The translations under genes and the position numbers were made by a program. DNA of 64,000 nucleotides from Candidatus Thorarchaeota archaeon (GTDB lineage Archaea > Asgardarchaeota > Thorarchaeia > Thorarchaeales > Thorarchaeaceae). Shown here piece by piece: positions 58,020 to 64,000 of the stretch (position 1 is its first letter; each line of letters starts with the position of its first letter). The stretch spans positions 1 to 64,000 of the forward strand of contig JBHLQH010000015.1 in assembly GCA_048884965.1 (NCBI GenBank). The letters run 5' to 3'. The notes beneath the pieces were generated by a model, which was not told where the DNA came from, did not search any database, and saw only the letters and a program-made list of their open reading frames with translations.

Positions 58020-58796
58020 TTGAAAGATGAAGTGTGTGGAATTAAGATTCTAGGTGCTCCAGAAGCACAAGTAGTTCAGACAAAAGAGGTTACCATGGAG
58101 AAACCACTACTAGTCTGCGGATTCCCTTCAGCAGGTGTTGTAGGTACAATCGCAGCCAATGCGATAATCGACCAATTCAAAATGGTAGAGATTGCACACA
58201 TCCGATCCAAATACATGCCATCGGCAGCAGTCTTCATTGATGGGAGGTTAAGACACCCATTCCGCATCTATGCAAGTGAGAAGAACAACCTTCTAGTGGT
58301 GACCACTGAATTGATGGTCGCTGAGGAGGGTATGTACCATGTTAGCTCTATTCTCTTAGACTGGGCAGCAAGCCTAGGTGTCAGAGAATGTGTAGTGCTT
58401 GACGGCATTCCTGTCCAAGGAATCCCTAGTGAACGGAAAGTATTCTACGCGGCAGAAGAAGAGAAACTAGCAGAACTCGAAGATGACAAAGAGATGGAGA
58501 TTTTCCAAAAAGGAATTATCTCAGGTATCTCTGGATCAATTCTTTCAGAAACTCTTTGCCGCGATATGATCGGTTTCGCACTATTGACTCCTGCAATAAC
58601 GATGATACCAGACCCAGAAGGTGCCGTCAAACTTCTACAGGCACTGAATAGACTCTACAATGTTGGAGCAGAGGTTGAAGAACTCCAAAAGAGTGGAGAT
58701 ATCATCAAGCAGAAGATGCACGAGGTTGCTGAGCATAACGAAGGACAGCGAAGTCGTGATGCCGCTCGAAAAGGGTACGAACGCATGTTTGCGTAG
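58020..58796 (+). CDS. PAC2-family proteasome assembly chaperone
   Basis: GFP..G.VG.IA, P.RIY, G.I.G..G..L, PDP..A. Confidence 0.9.
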   Translation: MKDEVCGIKILGAPEAQVVQTKEVTMEKPLLVCGFPSAGVVGTIAANAIIDQFKMVEIAHIRSKYMPSAAVFIDGRLRHPFRIYASEKNNLLVVTTELMVAEEGMYHVSSILLDWAASLGVRECVVLDGIPVQGIPSERKVFYAAEEEKLAELEDDKEMEIFQKGIISGISGSILSETLCRDMIGFALLTPAITMIPDPEGAVKLLQALNRLYNVGAEVEELQKSGDIIKQKMHEVAEHNEGQRSRDAARKGYERMFA

Positions 58797-58853
58797 AAAC
58801 GAATTCTATCTCAAGGCTAGCCGTTATCACTGGCTACCTTTCGTTTGCAGTGG

Positions 58854-59414
58854 CTACTTGTCAGTGCAGGTATCATAGGCTTCCTTAGCGCCTTCGGCGT
58901 TGCGTTCACCAACTTTGCCAGACCATTTCTCCTTGATGACATTCTGGACTGTTTCAAGCTTGACTAAGCCAGTTGCCTTGGCGAATGCTCCAAGCATTGT
59001 GGTATTGACCACGGGCAGTCCAGCAACAAGCAGGTTGTGCTTCAATGCGATACCAGTACCATCATATGTGAACACCTTGGCAGTACCATAGTGAAAAACT
59101 GTAGGCGCTTTTGGCGTATTGATAATGATGATTCCATTCTCCTTGAGACCTTCCATGGGATCAATCAAATCAACAATTCCAGGATCCAGAATAGCTACGA
59201 TATCAGGTGTATAGATCTGGCTCCTGACATTGATTGGTTCATCGGATATTCTCGTGAATGCCTTAACTGGAGCCCCTCTTCGTTCAGCTCCAAAATAGGG
59301 GAATGCTTGGACACCCTTGTATCCATCAATGAATGCAGCTTTTGCTAGTAGTTCAGCGCTGGTTACGCCTCCCTGTCCACCTCGACCGTGCCATCTGATC
59401 TCAATCATGGGCAT
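58854..59414 (-). CDS. porG: 2-oxoacid:ferredoxin oxidoreductase gamma subunit
   Basis: EIRWHGRGGQG, QAFP.FGAERRGAPV, NT.MLGA. Confidence 0.93.
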   Translation of the reverse strand: MPMIEIRWHGRGGQGGVTSAELLAKAAFIDGYKGVQAFPYFGAERRGAPVKAFTRISDEPINVRSQIYTPDIVAILDPGIVDLIDPMEGLKENGIIIINTPKAPTVFHYGTAKVFTYDGTGIALKHNLLVAGLPVVNTTMLGAFAKATGLVKLETVQNVIKEKWSGKVGERNAEGAKEAYDTCTDK

Positions 59415-59516
59415 TTTTGAATGACTCCTCAACAAAGGTACTCTTGGTACACCCTCAGCGCAACAGAAGCCAAACAAAACTGTTTCGCTATCAACAACAT
59501 AGAGCTTTTCTGGATT

Positions 59517-59897
59517 CTACATGAAGAAAAGGAATACTGCGGATGTGATCAGTAGTGGGAAGATCGGAACGAGTGTGCATTGAAAGCAAGATCGGTCTAT
59601 ATCATCAGCCCATATCACTCCAGCCTTGAATCCTAGAGAAGAACCCAGGAATGAACCTCCGAATATCGCCGCATCGGGACCTAGAAAAATAGCTCCTGAA
59701 GGCCAATCAAATATCACGACAAAGGGGGTTAGGTTCCACAATAAGATGGTAGGTAGAAGGGGGACCACGAATCCTGATATAGCTAACACAATAAGAAGAT
59801 TGATTGATTTCCTCACTCCATAGGTGCCTATGAAGACTGAGAATAGCATCCCCACTAGCGCCAAACTAATTCCTATAGTTGTCCATGCGAATGCCAT
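59517..59897 (-). CDS. Small membrane protein with CxxC (paralog of 60845-61222)
   Basis: About 4 TM; IWADDIDRSCFQC. Confidence 0.7.
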   Translation of the reverse strand: MAFAWTTIGISLALVGMLFSVFIGTYGVRKSINLLIVLAISGFVVPLLPTILLWNLTPFVVIFDWPSGAIFLGPDAAIFGGSFLGSSLGFKAGVIWADDIDRSCFQCTLVPIFPLLITSAVFLFFM

Positions 59898-60018
59898 GGT
59901 CTATCATTGGTCTGAAAGAGTATATGGATTCTCAACTCAATTCATCAGGTGTTGCCAGTTCAGATACTTTAGCGATACCTCTTTGTAGGACTGGACCTCA
60001 ATCTTAGTTGTTGGAGCT

Positions 60019-60837
60019 TTGGATATAATGGATGAATTCTTTGATGCGAACAGAGACCTTTGGGACGCAAAGGTAGACATTCACAAAGACTCTGAGTTCT
60101 ATAACGTTAGAGGCTTTCTGGAGGGAGAAGATGCACTCGACCCAATGGAGATAGAAGAAGTTGGTGATGTGAAAGGAAAGTCCTTGCTTCATCTTCAGTG
60201 CCATTTTGGTTTGGATACGATGTCATGGGAACGAAGAGGTGCCAAGGCAGTTGGTGTCGATTTCTCAGGGGAAGCGATTAAGCTAGCACGCACTTTGGCA
60301 ACAAAGACTGGACTGAATACTAAGTTCGTTGAATCAAATATCTTTGACTTACCTAAGCATCTGAGTGGAGAATTCGATATCGTATACACCTCAGGGGGAG
60401 CTATCATGTGGTTGAATGATCTACAGAGATGGGCTGAAATAATTGACCTTTTTCTCAAACCTAGTGGATTCTTCTATATCAGGGAGTTCCATCCCTTTGG
60501 CTATATCTTTGATGATGAATGTGAAGAGCCAGTCCTTAAAGTAAGATATCCATATTTCCAGGGTAAGGAACCAATTAGCTATATTGCTGATTCTACCTAT
60601 TCCAACCCGGAAAAGAAGTTGGAGCCAAAGAAGGCGTACGAATGGAACCATAGCATATCACGGATAATCAATGTACTCACAGGAGTTGGCTTACGAATAG
60701 AATTCTTCAACGAGTTTCCCTTCACCACATACCAAGCTTTGCCCTTTATGACTAAGAATAGCGAAGGGAGATATATCCTACCTGAAGGTATGGTTGCTAT
60801 TCCATGGTTATTCTCTCTCAAGGCATCCAAACCCTAA
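60019..60837 (+). CDS. Class I SAM-dependent methyltransferase
   Basis: LLHLQCHFG.DT, GVDFS, FDIVY, LKP.G, HP. Confidence 0.9.
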   Translation: MDIMDEFFDANRDLWDAKVDIHKDSEFYNVRGFLEGEDALDPMEIEEVGDVKGKSLLHLQCHFGLDTMSWERRGAKAVGVDFSGEAIKLARTLATKTGLNTKFVESNIFDLPKHLSGEFDIVYTSGGAIMWLNDLQRWAEIIDLFLKPSGFFYIREFHPFGYIFDDECEEPVLKVRYPYFQGKEPISYIADSTYSNPEKKLEPKKAYEWNHSISRIINVLTGVGLRIEFFNEFPFTTYQALPFMTKNSEGRYILPEGMVAIPWLFSLKASKP

Positions 60838-60844
60838 TCATATA

Positions 60845-61222
60845 TCAAAGAAAGAATAGAATCACGAGCGATGCCACAAGAACAAGGGAGATTGGAACTA
60901 ACAAGCATTGAATGCATGAACGATCATTATCATCGGTCCAAATCATACCAGCTTTTAGACCCAGAAAACCTCCAATGAAAGAACCAGCAAAGATTGCCAT
61001 TTGAGGTGTTGCGAACCACGATGATGGCCAATCAAATAATGTAATGATGGGAGTCAAGAATCCATACACAAATGAAAAGACGATGGGAATTATCAATACA
61101 AACAACAGGAGAGACGGAAGCAATGCACGTTCTTCCTTGCCACCCCAGGTACCAACGAATAACGATATGAAAAGGGATATCATTGCTAGAGTAATAGAAA
61201 GTGTTAGTTCAGTAAATGCCAT
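60845..61222 (-). CDS. Small membrane protein with CxxC (paralog of 59517-59897)
   Basis: About 4 TM; IWTDDNDRSCIQC. Confidence 0.7.
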   Translation of the reverse strand: MAFTELTLSITLAMISLFISLFVGTWGGKEERALLPSLLLFVLIIPIVFSFVYGFLTPIITLFDWPSSWFATPQMAIFAGSFIGGFLGLKAGMIWTDDNDRSCIQCLLVPISLVLVASLVILFFL

Positions 61223-61266
61223 ACAGAATGTAAGTTCTTCCTAGCTCAATAGTTTTGTGATTATCT

Positions 61267-62490
61267 TCAGACTTCTTTGAAGATGAATCTCACGAGAATC
61301 AGATTTACCATAAGTGTGAACAATTCCATCAATCCAGCTACAACAAATGCAATCACGAAATCTGAGAGGGTCAAGATTATACCAAGGACAATCGGTCCTA
61401 GTGTTATCCCGACATTTCCAAGGAAGTTGAAGAATCCCATTGCCATTGCTGAATCCTCTGAACCGATTGCATCTCCAACAAGGGCCATAGAGGGAGGAGC
61501 TGTGATACCAGAGAAAACTCCCAAGAGAACGAGCATAACAAGTAAAGATGAGAAACCTGTAGATCCGATTATTCCAAGGAAGATGAGTACTGTACCATAG
61601 CCTAGGCTTCCAATAATGAGCGGTTTGTAGCGACCATACCTATCCGACAGACGTCCCATAGGATATTGCAATATAATGAAGGGTAAAGCAAAGATCGCGA
61701 GAGAGTAACCTCTGAGAGACTCTGATAGACCAAGCACGATTGAGAGAAACAATGGGAGGACAGTCAGGATGAATCCAATATGTAACCGGTCTATGAAATT
61801 GAATAGTCCAGGGACAATCAACACGGGTTTCCTTAATACAATGCCAATACTATCCCGTAGTGTAGGTCGCTCTTTGGGCATTTTGGGATCTCTCAAAAAG
61901 ATAGCTGCAATAACAAAGACAATGACATTTAGGATGGCTGCTGAGTAATAGGGCATATAGATTCCGTAAGATGCTACCAGCCCACCAACTGCAGGACCCA
62001 TTCCCATAGCTAATGCTAAGAATGCACCGAAGACCCCCATATTCTTTCCTCGATTATGAGGTGTTGAGAAATCGAGAGCAAGGGTCATCAGTGTCTGCCA
62101 GACCATGACGGTGAAGACACCTTGAAGGAATCTGAATACCAGTAGAAGCGAGTATGATTCTGCAAGGGTCATTAGCCAATAGAAAGGGACCGAGCTGGCG
62201 GATCCAATGATTATGAACAAACGTCTTCGTTTCCACCTATCTGATAAAGCGCCTGTTGTCAAACCAAAGATGAGATATGAGAGATACAGGACCCCATCAA
62301 AGAGCGCGTACTCGAACTCGGAAACATTGACAAAGCGACCAAGAATGAACTCAGGTTGATTCACATGGAGCAATGCTGCTGCTGCGATAGTTAGGAGCGT
62401 TAGTAACCCTAATAGAGGGATTTTTCTTGAGATAGACGATGAGGACATTTCCTGAGATTCTTTTGTACTGACTTCATCCACCAAAGACAA
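61267..62490 (-). CDS. MFS transporter
   Basis: GALSDRWKRR and GRLSDRYGR motif A; about 12 TM. Confidence 0.93.
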   Translation of the reverse strand: MSLVDEVSTKESQEMSSSSISRKIPLLGLLTLLTIAAAALLHVNQPEFILGRFVNVSEFEYALFDGVLYLSYLIFGLTTGALSDRWKRRRLFIIIGSASSVPFYWLMTLAESYSLLLVFRFLQGVFTVMVWQTLMTLALDFSTPHNRGKNMGVFGAFLALAMGMGPAVGGLVASYGIYMPYYSAAILNVIVFVIAAIFLRDPKMPKERPTLRDSIGIVLRKPVLIVPGLFNFIDRLHIGFILTVLPLFLSIVLGLSESLRGYSLAIFALPFIILQYPMGRLSDRYGRYKPLIIGSLGYGTVLIFLGIIGSTGFSSLLVMLVLLGVFSGITAPPSMALVGDAIGSEDSAMAMGFFNFLGNVGITLGPIVLGIILTLSDFVIAFVVAGLMELFTLMVNLILVRFIFKEV

Positions 62491-62561
62491 CTCACTCCAT
62501 TTCTGATTAAACGAATGCTTAGCTTAGTCATAAAAAGGATTGAGCAAGGTGCACTTTGAGT

Positions 62562-63953
62562 TCAAATGACAGAATCATTCTTCATTGCCGCAAGAGCGCC
62601 CTCAGCTGAATTTGCAGCCTGCTGAAGCCCCACACCAGATCCTGCAGTATCTGTGCCGACAATGTACAGACCCTTGATTGGTGTAGTTGGTCCAGGCCGG
62701 TCCAGATCAGTCTGACCTGGAATCAACGCAGCTCGAGTAGCATACGACATTTGTACATGTTCCATCTCAATTTGTTTTAGGACATCAGGAAAATATTTCT
62801 CAAATCCATGGGATTTCATGATTGCGACCTGCTCCTCGACACTCTTGCCGGGAATCGCCATCATTGCCATCGCCAAGAGTTCCTTTCCATCAGGAGCACT
62901 TGATGGGTCAAAGCTTGATATTGATACGATCCATCTATTTGGGTTCGGATGTACAAGAACACGATTCTTCCTATCTCCTATCACGACCTTATCTAGACCA
63001 AGCCAAAGAGTGATTCCTCGTGTTGGCTGGAGAGAACTCCACCTTTCAAAGAAGGTCTTGATTTCGGACGACGATGAGTCAATGATTTTTGCCATATCCC
63101 ATAACGGGATGTTGCCAATGATGAGTGAATGGTCGATTCGCTTTCCAGCAATGGTAAGACCCGTCGCCTTTCCACCAGACTCATGTATCTTTTCAACAGG
63201 CGCATTAAGGACATAGCTTCCATTGATGGACTCAATCACTCGATTGAGCAATCCGTCCATACCACCTATGACATAACCCTCGTCGTAATCCTCAGTGCCA
63301 AACAGAAGTCTCTTAGCTTGCTCCAGCTTTCCTGACTCCTTGTCAGTATCCTTGAGGGTTCGAAGGGCCTCATATGCCGATGCCTGATCAATTCCAACTC
63401 CAGCAGCCATGTAGATTGCAGATTGCATCACATCAAGCATGACTTGATTCGTTGCCTTCTTTGATTGCATGAATTCCAGGAACGAAATATCCTTGTATGT
63501 CTTCATCTCCTCGAGCTTCATGGTCTTGATCTTCGCACCAATCTTAGCAAGTCCCAGCCTACCGCGCATATTTGTAAGAGGCCATCGAAGAGTTTCTCCA
63601 ACACTCGTGGGAATCGTTCCAACCTTATCGTGAACTCGAAAATACCACCCTTCATGGAGAACGAATTCAGGAGGTGGCGAAAGGTAATTACGCATGAACC
63701 TCGCAAATGCTCCACGCTTTACTCTAGTGATGACATGGAGCCCATTGTCGATCCGATAACCATCAATCCAGTAGCCAAACCAGACACCGCCCAATTTGTC
63801 ACCCTTCTCAATGACAAGCACCTTCTTGCCCTCAGCTGTCAATGCTAAGGCACTCAGGAGACCTCCGGCACCTCCGCCTGCGATCACTGCATCGTAATCA
63901 GATGGTTCAACAGTATCCAATGAGATAGGCTTCATGGTAATCGCATGCTCCAA
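62562..63953 (-). CDS. FAD-dependent oxidoreductase, phytoene desaturase-like
   Basis: GGGAGGL..A, E....GG, D.G.H, GG, TPI.GLY.VG. Confidence 0.85.
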   Translation of the reverse strand: MEHAITMKPISLDTVEPSDYDAVIAGGGAGGLLSALALTAEGKKVLVIEKGDKLGGVWFGYWIDGYRIDNGLHVITRVKRGAFARFMRNYLSPPPEFVLHEGWYFRVHDKVGTIPTSVGETLRWPLTNMRGRLGLAKIGAKIKTMKLEEMKTYKDISFLEFMQSKKATNQVMLDVMQSAIYMAAGVGIDQASAYEALRTLKDTDKESGKLEQAKRLLFGTEDYDEGYVIGGMDGLLNRVIESINGSYVLNAPVEKIHESGGKATGLTIAGKRIDHSLIIGNIPLWDMAKIIDSSSSEIKTFFERWSSLQPTRGITLWLGLDKVVIGDRKNRVLVHPNPNRWIVSISSFDPSSAPDGKELLAMAMMAIPGKSVEEQVAIMKSHGFEKYFPDVLKQIEMEHVQMSYATRAALIPGQTDLDRPGPTTPIKGLYIVGTDTAGSGVGLQQAANSAEGALAAMKNDSVI

Positions 63954-64000
63954 TGTTGTCTACTTAAGGATGGCGTCATAGCTATAGTAAGTCTACAGGT

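Noticed and set aside
1-64000. Mobile elements, prophage or defence island
   Set aside because: No transposase, integrase, capsid or recognisable defence genes; the content looks like core chromosome.

Overview
Gene-dense archaeal chromosome segment, most likely from an Asgard archaeon (Thorarchaeia-like; this is inference). Archaeal markers include class I LysRS, eS26, eL13, the PoK/PPS CoA route, class I CCA enzyme, TrmY and PAC2. Alongside them are many eukaryote-signature-type proteins: a roadblock protein, three small GTPases, longin/uDENN-like, V4R/TRAPP-like and TPR/PCI-like proteins. No rRNA, tRNA, CRISPR array or transposase was recognised. Main observations: (1) SelD is a selenoprotein that the ORF track truncates. 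It has an in-frame UGA in G-U-S-C-K, a eukaryote-like SECIS candidate whose AUGA core is the gene's own stop codon, and a competing hairpin. (2) A ~200-nt multibranch RNA with a crossing 12-bp helix (22541-22738), followed by two tandem palindromic operators, lies ahead of a DUF4430/ECF S-component/wHTH operon; it is a candidate new riboswitch or ncRNA. (3) A second ~195-nt structured RNA candidate (20151-20347) lies between a uDENN/longin-like gene and a longin-GTPase fusion. (4) There are duplicated roadblock-like-wHTH + V4R/TRAPP-like modules and an MglA-like GTPase/TPR/C25-protease/roadblock run. All RNA structures were paired by eye and all family calls come from motif recognition, not database searches.
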